Below are positions 1 to 8,903 of a stretch of DNA of 32,000 bases, one piece after another. The notes beneath the pieces are model-generated. The model was not told the DNA's origin and did not search any database. It was given only the letters and a program-made list of their open reading frames with translations. The stretch spans positions 720,001 through 752,000 of the forward strand of contig NZ_CP042905.2 of the NCBI RefSeq assembly GCF_008000775.2, read 5' to 3'. Position numbers and translations under genes: made by a program. The DNA is from Promethearchaeum syntrophicum. GTDB lineage: Archaea; Asgardarchaeota; Lokiarchaeia; Sigyniarchaeales; Promethearchaeaceae. The first letter of the stretch is position 1; each line of letters starts with the position of its first letter.

Positions 1-421
1 TTATTAAATAATCTGTATTTTCCATTAAAATTTTTTTCACATAATCTGAATTCGTAAAATTAGTTAATTGGATTTGTCCTATCATTATAGAATTTACAGG
101 TTCCGATCGAAATCCTCCAGATTTTCTAGCAATTCTTGCTCCATTACTTGCTGCTGCAACTACAGAAGCTTCTTCAGTAACCATTGGTATTAGATAATCT
201 ACGTCATTAATTTTAAAATTAGTTGCAATGCTAAAGGGTAAAGAATAACATCCTATTACATTTTCACTCATCATATCTAATTGTTCATCATTGAAATATC
301 CATAATTTTCTAATATCTGCCTTTCATCTTTCTCTAAATTAACCAATTTTGAGATACACGCTTGTCTTTCAAAGAAAGAAAGTTTATGAAAACCTGAAAT
401 TTTCGAATGATCCTTTTTCAT
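1..421 (-). CDS. mvaA: Class II (degradative/bacterial-type) HMG-CoA reductase, N-terminal part, runs off window start
   Basis: Translation of the complement from ATG at 421: [23 protein letters not shown]...[68 protein letters not shown]. The ENVIG..LP.sIA.NF.IN..[10 protein letters not shown].SVVAAAS signature is that of class II HMGR. Not in supplied ORF track. Start overlaps stop of the 418..1614 gene by 4 bp. Confidence 0.9.
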   Translation of the reverse strand, partial: [140 protein letters not shown]

Positions 422-1614
422 TTTACGTTCAAATTCAAATTAATAAGATCATCCATTAAAAATTTCGCTTCTGGAGATGTTTTTTCTAATAATTTGCTTG
501 GACCACCAATTTTCCCGATATTTATATCAAATTTATCATTTAAATTGACTAAATCTTCTAAAATTCTTTTAGTAAATTTGGTTCTGGTTAATAAAACCAC
601 CGAAGGTCCTGTATCTATAGAAAAAAACACAGAAATTCCTTGTTTCCTTAATTTTCGTGTTAAATGCATTATAGAGATGGTTTCTGGAGTCCACAAAATA
701 AGATTTTTGTCAGGGGATCCTGTCATAGTAATTGCATGTAATTTTAATGTATCGAATTCTGACATTTCACCTAGCTTTTCAAAATTTTCATTGATTAAAT
801 CATTATAGAAGTCTAAAATGTCTTTTTTTCTGGATTTCATCCAAGAATTATAAAACGGACTGAGGGGTGCAATTTCATGGGCTTTATCAGTTTGTATCTT
901 TGATTGAATTGAGATTGTGATTAAATCGATATCATTAATAAAAGTTTGAATTTCTTTCGTATCAAGGCGTATCCCAAAACTTACTTTTGGATCCATATTT
1001 GGATGACTCATCCACAGTCCAATTCCTCCAACACAACTACGGATGGCAGACCCGGCTAAGTAACGTGAAAAAAGACACCTTAAACTTAGATTATTTGTAA
1101 ATTTAACTTCATTATCATATAAAATAGAAATTGCCGCATGAGCTATAGATGCACCTGCTGAAGCAGAAGTTCCTATTCCTTTCCCTAATACGGTTTTACT
1201 ATTCCTTTTAATTATGTTTCGTGAAATTATTATGGCTTTGGTATTAATTTTAGAATATTTCCGAATATAGTTTAATTGATGAGATACTCGAATAAATTTT
1301 TGATCTTTAGACTCAATTTCAATTCCATTTAACATAAAACGATCCTTTTGATACTTTTTAGAGAATTTTAAATAGGTAATTGTGAAAAAAGCATCGTTAT
1401 TTAGAGAAATACTTGGAAAATTTGCTGTTCGATGATCTTTATTTGCTAATCCGTGATATTTTAGCATTCCTTGTATTGGATATGCAAGAGTAAAAGCTTC
1501 TCCTTCATTTTTTATTGCGTTTAAATTATTAGGTAAACTAGGTAATGAAATTTTGTTCTTATTAAGATATAATGCTATTTCTTCAACATCTTTTTTTAAT
1601 AACTCATTTAGCAT
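418..1614 (-). CDS. GHMP-superfamily mevalonate pathway decarboxylase (phosphomevalonate / diphosphomevalonate decarboxylase family)
   Basis: 398 aa. Motifs aligned from memory to the MDD family: AYPIQGMLKYHG (Lys), GIGTSASAGASIAHAA (ATP loop), GSAIRSCVGGIG (Arg), FSIDTGPSVVLL (catalytic Asp). Sits between HMGS and HMGR. Confidence 0.85.
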   Translation of the reverse strand: MLNELLKKDVEEIALYLNKNKISLPSLPNNLNAIKNEGEAFTLAYPIQGMLKYHGLANKDHRTANFPSISLNNDAFFTITYLKFSKKYQKDRFMLNGIEIESKDQKFIRVSHQLNYIRKYSKINTKAIIISRNIIKRNSKTVLGKGIGTSASAGASIAHAAISILYDNEVKFTNNLSLRCLFSRYLAGSAIRSCVGGIGLWMSHPNMDPKVSFGIRLDTKEIQTFINDIDLITISIQSKIQTDKAHEIAPLSPFYNSWMKSRKKDILDFYNDLINENFEKLGEMSEFDTLKLHAITMTGSPDKNLILWTPETISIMHLTRKLRKQGISVFFSIDTGPSVVLLTRTKFTKRILEDLVNLNDKFDINIGKIGGPSKLLEKTSPEAKFLMDDLINLNLNVK

Positions 1615-1630
1615 ATCAATCAGCTAAAAA

Positions 1631-3352
1631 TCATAAGTCAATTTGAGAAATTGATGCCATTTCTTCTATTTCAGAAGAAATCTTATTATCTACTAATTCA
1701 AGATATGGAGATGATGAAACAGAACGATAAATAGGCATCCAATTAAGCAATCCTTTTGGTGAATTTGGAGGATCTAATTTATGAGTTTTCCATCGTCTCA
1801 ATTCAAATTCCATGGTAGAACCAATAATAGGTTTGTTCTTTATCAAAATAAATCCATCCATTAAAGGAGATAGATCATTGCTATACGGTTTTATTTCTGT
1901 CAATGTCCCTGTTAAAGGGAATTCGATTAAATTAGAGCCAGAGTGTCCTTTCGGGCAATAATTCAAGCCATTATATTGGGATAGAATGCATCCTTCATTA
2001 CAATAATTCAATGAAAATGCACATTCTTTATTGCTTGAAACGATTTTTCCCCATTGTAAATTTGAAGAAATTTCATTTTCATGAAGTTTTTCATATTCTT
2101 GAACTGTAATTTGAATTTTATTATCTAAATACTCTTTTAAATTTAAGGGATTACTTAAAACCGTCTTAAAATTTGGTTGAATTTTCAATAAACCAGAAAT
2201 ACAAGTAGATCCAGATCCGTATGACCCAAAATATATTGTATCATTAACTTGTGCAAAATTTTCTACCAGATACATAAATTCTGCCCATATCGCCGAAGAA
2301 TACATATTTCCAAACAAGGCAGGAACTTGTAAAGGAGGGAGAGAAGTGTTTTTAATTTTCCGAATGATCCATTCTTCAATTTCTTTTCGTTTCTCTTTCG
2401 GAAAATTTTTAGAATCTAATTTTGATTTTATATCTTTTGATAGAAGAAAATCATTGTCTAAATCATTGAAATATGGGACTTCTTTGAATTCAATTTTCTT
2501 TTTAGAAGTTTGAGTAATTAAATCTTCAATCCTGCCAATCCATCTTTCAGCAATTAATTTTTGCATTAATTTTAATGGTAGTTTAGCATACGGTGCATGA
2601 AATAGATAATAATCCGCAGATATTTCTCCAGTTTGAGAGATTAGATCATCATACGCTTCTATTTGAAAATTTAAATATGCATCTACTGAATAGTGTGAAA
2701 AAACTTGTGCTGTTCTATCTCCTTCTGGACGGAAAAAATCATTAATATTCGCTGAAACTTTTCCAAACGTATTTGAAAAAATTGCAATTCTCGGATTTCT
2801 CGACAATATTAATGCAACGGCTCCAGCACCTTGAGTAGGTTCTCCTGGACTATATAAATCATAAATGCTGATATCTACAGCAATTACAAGTGCTTTTTTT
2901 ATTATTCCGGCTTCAATCATTGCAATTGCATTAAGAATTGCCATACTAGCGGCTGCACAAGCGTTGCTAACATCTTGTGTAAAACAGTTTTTAGATACTC
3001 CTAATAAATCTTTATAGATATTCGAGATCGATTTTACTGCATATGGATAACTTTCACTTCCTACAAAAAGCGCATCAATTTCTTTCGGATTTATATTTCC
3101 ACGTAAAATGGCATTATATCCCGCTTTTAAACCCAAAGAAATACTATCCTCACCAGCAAAAGTGTTAGGAATTCTCATTTCATTGGCCATTAATCCAAAT
3201 TTATATTTCTTAGGGTTAATTTTACGGGCATTTGCTAGTTCTTTTAAACTAAGAAATAAGTGTGGGCTGTAAAATCCTATCGAATCAATACCTATATTTG
3301 AAGAAAATAAATCGTTCCGTTCCATAGCAACTATATTCAATAAGGTTGTCAA
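1631..3352 (-). CDS. mvaS: Bacterial-type hydroxymethylglutaryl-CoA synthase with about 180-aa C-terminal extension
   Basis: 573 aa. IGIDSIGFYSPH, NACAAASMAI (active Cys), SPGEPTQGAGAVALILSRNP, FWRP-like 'FFRPEGDRTAQVF', FGSYGSGSTC. C-terminal region carries CAFSLNYCNEGCILSQYNGLNYCPKGH. Confidence 0.87.
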   Translation of the reverse strand: MTTLLNIVAMERNDLFSSNIGIDSIGFYSPHLFLSLKELANARKINPKKYKFGLMANEMRIPNTFAGEDSISLGLKAGYNAILRGNINPKEIDALFVGSESYPYAVKSISNIYKDLLGVSKNCFTQDVSNACAAASMAILNAIAMIEAGIIKKALVIAVDISIYDLYSPGEPTQGAGAVALILSRNPRIAIFSNTFGKVSANINDFFRPEGDRTAQVFSHYSVDAYLNFQIEAYDDLISQTGEISADYYLFHAPYAKLPLKLMQKLIAERWIGRIEDLITQTSKKKIEFKEVPYFNDLDNDFLLSKDIKSKLDSKNFPKEKRKEIEEWIIRKIKNTSLPPLQVPALFGNMYSSAIWAEFMYLVENFAQVNDTIYFGSYGSGSTCISGLLKIQPNFKTVLSNPLNLKEYLDNKIQITVQEYEKLHENEISSNLQWGKIVSSNKECAFSLNYCNEGCILSQYNGLNYCPKGHSGSNLIEFPLTGTLTEIKPYSNDLSPLMDGFILIKNKPIIGSTMEFELRRWKTHKLDPPNSPKGLLNWMPIYRSVSSSPYLELVDNKISSEIEEMASISQIDL

Positions 3353-3365
3353 CCTTTAATAAAAT

Positions 3366-3396
3366 ATTTATGAAAAATTAATAAACTTTCATAAAT
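3366..3396. promoter_or_regulatory. Perfect 10-bp inverted repeat (ATTTATGAAA - 11 nt - TTTCATAAAT) in divergent promoter region
   Basis: Arms 3366-3375 and 3387-3396 read directly. A further TTTCATAAA copy lies at 3436-3444. Between HMGS and DegT genes. Confidence 0.4.
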
Positions 3397-3462
3397 GGTC
3401 CAATTGGTTAGTATTTTGAACGATGGTTAATTATTTTTCATAAAAATTCTATTGAGTTTAAA

Positions 3463-4608
3463 ATGAGCAAAATCCCCGTAGTAGATGTTAACATAGGACA
3501 AAAAGAAATTGAAGAAGTAATCAAGGTTGTTAAAAGTAAATTTCTCATAGAAGGTGAAAATACGCACCAATTTGAGGCAAAATTTGCTAAATTCACTGGA
3601 GCTAAACATGCAATAACAGTAGTAAATGGGACCTCTGCTCTTCATTTGGCATTAACTGCCCTTGGAATAGGTCCTGGTGATGAAGTGATTACAACTCCTT
3701 TCACCTTTATTGCTTCCAGTAACGCTATTACTTTTAACGGTGCTATTCCAATATTTGTTGATATCGATATTCTTACATACAATATAGATCCGGAGAAAAT
3801 TAGAGAAGCTATTACCGATAAAACTAAAGCAATTATGCCAGTTCATATATTTGGAAATCCTTCTAATATGAAAGAAATAATGGAGATAGCCAATGAACAT
3901 AATCTTTATGTAATTGAAGATTGTGCTCAAGCTCATGATGCTCGAATATCTGGAAAGCATTTAGGAACATTTGGGACTCTTGGAGTATTCTCATTTTATG
4001 GAACTAAGAATTTAGTTGGTGGGGAAGGTGGGGCTATTATATCAAATGATGAAGGATTATACGAACGAATAAAAAGTCTTAAGAATCACGGGAGAAATCC
4101 AAAGGGTGGTTACAATCATTATCAGATTGGTTACAATTATCGTATTACAGATGTAATTGCTGCAATAATGAATGTTCAAATGGATCGCGCTCATGAAATT
4201 TTAGATCGGCGTCATAGAAATGGTGATTTATATCGAAAACTACTGAATGACCAAAATGGATTAAAAATTCAAAAGATTTTACCCAATCATAGTCATTCTG
4301 ATTATATTTTCGCCCCTGTAATTACTAAAAAAGAGATTACTCCTCAAAAAGTTATATCCTATCTTAAAGAAAAAAACATCGCATCGAGAACTATTTATTC
4401 CATTTTATCATACCAACAACCATGCTATCTTAACATTTTAGATTGGATTTTTGCAAAAACAGTAAAATATCCTGATTATTCTAAAGTATCATGCCCAAAT
4501 GCAGAATATGTTTCAACACATCATTTTGAATTACCAATGGTTTCAACATTATCCGATGAGAACATCTATTATATTGTAGATTCTTTAAAATCTTTTCTTT
4601 CGGAATAG
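3463..4608 (+). CDS. DegT/DnrJ/EryC1/StrS-family PLP-dependent (sugar) aminotransferase
   Basis: IPVVDVNIGQKEIEEV, GEGTHQFEAKFAKFTGAKHAITVVNGTSALHLAL, GPGDEVITTPFTFIAS, FGNPSNMKEI, EDCAQAHDA, FSFYGTKNLVGGEGGAIIS. Confidence 0.93.
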   Translation: MSKIPVVDVNIGQKEIEEVIKVVKSKFLIEGENTHQFEAKFAKFTGAKHAITVVNGTSALHLALTALGIGPGDEVITTPFTFIASSNAITFNGAIPIFVDIDILTYNIDPEKIREAITDKTKAIMPVHIFGNPSNMKEIMEIANEHNLYVIEDCAQAHDARISGKHLGTFGTLGVFSFYGTKNLVGGEGGAIISNDEGLYERIKSLKNHGRNPKGGYNHYQIGYNYRITDVIAAIMNVQMDRAHEILDRRHRNGDLYRKLLNDQNGLKIQKILPNHSHSDYIFAPVITKKEITPQKVISYLKEKNIASRTIYSILSYQQPCYLNILDWIFAKTVKYPDYSKVSCPNAEYVSTHHFELPMVSTLSDENIYYIVDSLKSFLSE

Positions 4609-4736
4609 ATTAACGGGTTAATTTTACGGATGATGGATTATTTTCGGGTATTTTCCTGTCTTTTACTTATCTATTTTTTTTATTATAGAATTTGAGCAAG
4701 TTTTGGGTTTTAAAGGATTTATTTTAGCAATTTCCT

Positions 4737-5156
4737 TTATATTAGGTTGATTTCGATTGAATCATCTAAATTTGCTTTTATATCCTCAATATACCTCAAA
4801 ATTTCATCTTGAGAATCAAATTTTCTGGGACCAATTATATCTTTATCATTTTTCATTTTGGAGAGATCTAAAGTCGTTTCATGGTCAGTAAAAGTAGTTA
4901 GAATTTGTCTTAAACGTTCATATTGGCTTTCTTCTAATTTAGATATTTCATATCGAATATCAATATCTTCAATTTTTTTCCATTGGATGAGTCCTTTAAT
5001 TGCTTCGGTTTCAGAAAATCGCAAATAGAAAATCTTTGAAAATTTATGATTCAAATACGAGCAAATATCATTAAACCAATGAATTACAAATTCCTCATTT
5101 TGCTCACGATCAGAATATGGAGATTTTCTAGGGTTTTTACTTATTAAATTATTCAC
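4737..5156 (-). CDS. Hypothetical protein, 139 aa
   Basis: ORF with charged, soluble-protein-like composition; no recognised family. Confidence 0.5.
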   Translation of the reverse strand: MNNLISKNPRKSPYSDREQNEEFVIHWFNDICSYLNHKFSKIFYLRFSETEAIKGLIQWKKIEDIDIRYEISKLEESQYERLRQILTTFTDHETTLDLSKMKNDKDIIGPRKFDSQDEILRYIEDIKANLDDSIEINLI

Positions 5157-5473
5157 TCGATGGGATCTTGTTATTCAATTAATTCATTTTTTTCAATAAA
5201 CAAATCAAAAAATTTTTCTGTTAGAAGATCAAGCTCAAATGGGCTATAAAATTGGGATTCAATTTTGTTTTTTCCCATTTCACAAACCAACTCAAGGATC
5301 TGACAATTTAAATTTAACTTTATTAATTTTTTTCTAAGATTCTGTATTTACAAGCATTCACAAAAAAAGGATTGAATGATCCTAAATAGAAGTGAGAGAA
5401 TTCTTTAAAATCTTTTTTTTCAGAATAGATTAACCGAACATTTTTAACAATAATTAATCTAACACAAAAAGTA

Positions 5474-5497
5474 TGTTCAAAACATTTTTCTGAAAGT
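5474..5497. repeat. Imperfect direct repeat copy 1 (TGTTCAAAACATTTTTCTGAAAGT)
   Basis: 22/24 identical to 5827-5850. Confidence 0.55.
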
Positions 5498-5518
5498 AAA
5501 CCCATTGATAAAAAAAGC

Positions 5519-5671
5519 CTAATCTTCATGAGCTACTTCGTAGGCACCAAGATTAGGGCTAATCACAATAATTCTCTCTTTAATCAAATCGTGGACAACA
5601 GCTTCAACTTTTTGGAGACCTGCTTTAGGTTCTTTTATCATTTTCAATATTTGTTTTGGATGTTCTAACAT
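5519..5671 (-). CDS. Possible 50-aa small ORF
   Basis: ATG at 5671 preceded by GTGAGGCG-like Shine-Dalgarno; translation MLEHPKQILKMIKEPKAGLQKVEAVVHDLIKERIIVISPNLGAYEVAHED. Confidence 0.35.
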   Translation of the reverse strand: MLEHPKQILKMIKEPKAGLQKVEAVVHDLIKERIIVISPNLGAYEVAHED

Positions 5672-5826
5672 TTTATTTTCGCCTCACACAAAAGTTTATG
5701 TGTAAATCTTATAGGAAAATGCTTGAATTTAAATCTATTTTCACGTATTTTCACGTAGATTAATAAAAATATGTTAGATTAATTAAATAAAAGTTAGTTT
5801 AATTAAATAGATTAAAACTGAAAGTT

Positions 5827-5850
5827 TGTTCAAAGCATTTTACTGAAAGT
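5827..5850. repeat. Imperfect direct repeat copy 2 (TGTTCAAAGCATTTTACTGAAAGT)
   Basis: 22/24 identical to 5474-5497. Confidence 0.55.
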
Positions 5851-5936
5851 TTAATCAAAATTTTAAACACTATTCCAGAGCTAAAATCTATTTTAGATTG
5901 CTAAAGCATTTAAGTTTCAAAATTATAGAAAATTTG

Positions 5937-6593
5937 ATGGCAAGAATCGAGGTCTATGTAATTGTGAAAGAGGAAGGGACATGCTTAACTAAATATGATT
6001 TTTTAGGGGATACTGAAGAAACAAAAGATCAACTTGTCAGTGGATTTTTAACAGCATTAAATTCATTTGCTAAAGAAATCGGATTCCCAAAAGGTGTTAG
6101 CTTAATTCGCTCAGGAAGTTTAGAAGCAAGGTTTAGTCCAGGGAAAAATGTTTTCACAGTATTGATAATCGACTATTTCTTACCTTTAGGATTAATGGCA
6201 GAGCCTATTCTTTCTTCATTAGCAAGAGAAATTACTGAAACTTTCGAAAAAAAATTTAAAAAACCCTTAAATCAAAGTAAAAAAGGAAATATCTATAAAA
6301 CTAGCGAATTTCACGGATTTAGAGGATATATTGACGATTTATTAGATAAATATGGTCGCGAATCTCTTGAATTGTACCAGAAATTAATATTAGTTGAATG
6401 CTTATATGATAATGTTCCAGAAGACATTATTATTCCTATACTTACGAAAGTTACTAAAAAACAAGATGTTCTAAGTGAATTTAAAAAAATCCCAAAAAAA
6501 TTTCAGAAAATCGTTAAAAATGCAATTAAAAAAATTAATTACAGGTATGCTCCACTTTGGCAAATTTTCGCAATTCCAACTCTTATTTTCTAA
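5937..6593 (+). CDS. Uncharacterised protein, possible longin/roadblock-like N-terminal domain
   Basis: ORF 5898..6593. Internal ATG at 5937 gives a start MARIEVYVIVKEEGTCLTKYDFLG..., with an alternating hydrophobic beta pattern resembling longin-type folds. Family assignment is weak. Confidence 0.6.
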   Translation: MARIEVYVIVKEEGTCLTKYDFLGDTEETKDQLVSGFLTALNSFAKEIGFPKGVSLIRSGSLEARFSPGKNVFTVLIIDYFLPLGLMAEPILSSLAREITETFEKKFKKPLNQSKKGNIYKTSEFHGFRGYIDDLLDKYGRESLELYQKLILVECLYDNVPEDIIIPILTKVTKKQDVLSEFKKIPKKFQKIVKNAIKKINYRYAPLWQIFAIPTLIF

Positions 6594-6614
6594 TTTAGGA
6601 TAGAAGCTTTATCT

Positions 6615-7034
6615 TTATTCTTTTGGTTTTCTCACATACATAAGCATCGATTCAGCATACCCTGTAATGATTTCGTTTCCTTTTTGATTTGTAATAATCG
6701 TTTCAATTTTACATTTTTTATGGGAATCAATTTTAATTATTTTCAAATGAGCGATAACTGTGTCTCCGATATAAACAGGTTTTTTAAATTCTAAATTTTG
6801 CGAAAGCCATAAATTTCCAGCACCCATTAACTTGGTTAGACCTGCAGAGATTAAGGATGCTGCAATTAATCCATGTGCAATAGGTTTTTTAAAAAAAGTG
6901 CGTTTTGCAAACTCATTATCGTGATGGATTGGATTTCGATCCCCGCTTAAATTCATAAATGTTTCAATGTCTGCTTTTGTGATTGTTTTAGATACATCAC
7001 ATTCTTTACCTAACATTCCCTCCATGGAAATCAC
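6615..7034 (-). CDS. MaoC-like / (R)-specific enoyl-CoA hydratase family protein
   Basis: SGDRNPIHHDNEFAKRTFFKKPIAHGLIAASLIS is the hydratase 2 motif D-x-N-P-x-H-x-D...F..PIAHG; followed by LEFKKPVYIGDTV. Confidence 0.9.
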   Translation of the reverse strand: MISMEGMLGKECDVSKTITKADIETFMNLSGDRNPIHHDNEFAKRTFFKKPIAHGLIAASLISAGLTKLMGAGNLWLSQNLEFKKPVYIGDTVIAHLKIIKIDSHKKCKIETIITNQKGNEIITGYAESMLMYVRKPKE

Positions 7035-7681
7035 TTATTATGATTTTTTTTTTTTTTATTAAGTTGAATTTCCTTTGCTTTCATCATCTTATCTAACCAT
7101 TTTCTTTTCATAACACATTTTGCGGGATTTCCTCTCCAAACTTCTTCAGCAGGAACATCTTTATCAATCAATGAGCCAGCAGAAATCACAGAATTTTTAC
7201 CAATTGTCACACCTGGAAAAATAGAACAGTTTCCTCCAACTTTACAACCATCTTCAAAGATTGGGCCTTCCATCGGAATATCCACCATCCCCATGTATCT
7301 ATCATTCATAGTACAAACATCTGGACCAATAAAGCAATCTTCTCCAATTATAACATCTGCTGTAATTAAAGCACGAGTTTGGATTATGCTGCCTTTACGA
7401 ATAATTGTATTGCATTCAACAATAGCGTTACGACCAATCATAACTTCATCTTCAATGGTACAACCTTCTCGAATTGATGCCCCATCTCCAATAAATACTC
7501 GTTTTCCGATTTTGGAACCTGCATAAATTATCGCATTAGAACAAATAATTGTTCCTTCCCCGATTTCAGTTTTGGGATATTCTTTTTCTTTGCCAGCGAA
7601 TATCGAATTAATTCCAAATATGGGTTGTTTATTGAAAACAACGTTTGGTTGCACAATAATGGATGGTTTTTCTTCAGACAT
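7031..7681 (-). CDS. Left-handed beta-helix (hexapeptide repeat) acyltransferase, WbbJ/WlbB-like
   Basis: Hexapeptide repeats IGEGTIICSNAIIYAGSKIGKRVFIGDGASIREGCTIEDEVMIGRNAIVE...; GNPAKCV terminus. ORF opens at 7723, better start MSEEKP at 7681. Stop overlaps start of the MaoC gene. Confidence 0.88.
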   Translation of the reverse strand: MSEEKPSIIVQPNVVFNKQPIFGINSIFAGKEKEYPKTEIGEGTIICSNAIIYAGSKIGKRVFIGDGASIREGCTIEDEVMIGRNAIVECNTIIRKGSIIQTRALITADVIIGEDCFIGPDVCTMNDRYMGMVDIPMEGPIFEDGCKVGGNCSIFPGVTIGKNSVISAGSLIDKDVPAEEVWRGNPAKCVMKRKWLDKMMKAKEIQLNKKKKNHNK

Positions 7682-7769
7682 ATTTAAAAAAAGATGGCGG
7701 TATAAAAAAAGATTCACTAACAATTTTATTTTATTATAGGTTTATCTACCTACTAAGGTCAGATGATAA

Positions 7770-8882
7770 ATGAGTTTACAAGGAAAAAAAATTTGGATAG
7801 ATGTTGAAGAGCCAAAGACGGGTATTATGTTTAAATCTCTCTTTCGAAAATTTAAGGAAGCAGGAGCAGAGTTGTTAATCACAGCACGTAATTTTGATTC
7901 AACACATAAAATAATGGATGATATAGGAATTAAATATTTAAAAGTAGGAAAACATGGAGGGGCTGATATTCAACAGAAACTTAAAACCTATATTGAACGC
8001 CTTGCGGAGCTTTTTCCAATAATAACTAAAGAAAAACCTGATTTTTTAGTAACTTTTGGTTCTGTAGAAGGTACACGGATTGCATATGGATTACAAATTC
8101 CATCTATTGGTTTTAGTGACGAACCGAGAAGTGTTCACGTATCAAAGTTATATTTTCCTTATATTGAAATGTTGATTACCCCAGATTGTATTCCAATCGA
8201 ACAATATAATGATCTTCATGCAACTAATAATAGGATCATCAGATATAATGGGATTGATGAAGTTGCTTGGTTGCGACATTATCAACCAAACCCTGACTTA
8301 TTGAAAAAATTCCATGTTGAACCCGGTAAATTCGTGTTAATGAGAAGTGAACCTACTTTTGCTTGTTATTTTGTAGATAAACTAAAACCTGAAGAAACTT
8401 TTATTGCAAAATACTTTCCAAAAATATTTGAATCTTGTCCAGATCAAACTTATTTTTTGCTAGTTCGCTCTGAAGGTCAAGAAAAATGGTTAAAGGAACA
8501 GTTGAAGGATTATCTTCCTAGTGAGAAAATTCAAATCACCCGTTATTTGCCAAATATTGTTGATTTATGTTTTTATGCATCTCTTGTTGTTAGTGGAGGA
8601 GGAACAATTGTTAGAGAGTCTGCAATGTTAGATGTTCCAAGTATTGAATATTTTCCGGGTGATTCCGCACCTCAAGAAAAATGGTTAATAAAGAATGGAT
8701 TTCCTATAGAACACATCCGTGAAAAAGAAAAAATCATATCCAGATGCATTGAAATAATTCAACGAGGGCCTACTAAAGATCGATTTACAGAATCATATAA
8801 GAACGCTATCTTAAAATTTGAAGATCCAAATCAAATCTGTTATAATTACGTTGTAGATAAACTCAATAGAGCGGAAAAATAG
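7770..8882 (+). CDS. DUF354-family predicted glycosyltransferase
   Basis: KIWIDVEEPKTGIMFKSL...AELLITARNF...VGKHGG...PDFLVTFGSVEGTRIAYGLQIPSIGFSDEPRS; VVSGGGTIVRESAMLDVPSIEYFPG. Confidence 0.82.
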   Translation: MSLQGKKIWIDVEEPKTGIMFKSLFRKFKEAGAELLITARNFDSTHKIMDDIGIKYLKVGKHGGADIQQKLKTYIERLAELFPIITKEKPDFLVTFGSVEGTRIAYGLQIPSIGFSDEPRSVHVSKLYFPYIEMLITPDCIPIEQYNDLHATNNRIIRYNGIDEVAWLRHYQPNPDLLKKFHVEPGKFVLMRSEPTFACYFVDKLKPEETFIAKYFPKIFESCPDQTYFLLVRSEGQEKWLKEQLKDYLPSEKIQITRYLPNIVDLCFYASLVVSGGGTIVRESAMLDVPSIEYFPGDSAPQEKWLIKNGFPIEHIREKEKIISRCIEIIQRGPTKDRFTESYKNAILKFEDPNQICYNYVVDKLNRAEK

Positions 8883-8903
8883 AATAAAAAACCGATAGTA
8901 TTT

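Noticed and set aside
407-808. Plus-strand ORF 407..808
   Set aside because: Antisense to the decarboxylase and the HMGR start, both strongly supported by motifs.
3427-3960. Minus-strand ORFs 3427..3645 and 3652..3960
   Set aside because: Antisense to the well-supported DegT aminotransferase.
5323-5529. Minus ORF 5323..5529
   Set aside because: Low-complexity AT-rich translation, no plausible family, and it conflicts with the better small ORF at 5519..5671; kept as doubtful only.
7293-7526. Plus ORF 7293..7526
   Set aside because: Antisense to hexapeptide repeats; periodic artefact.
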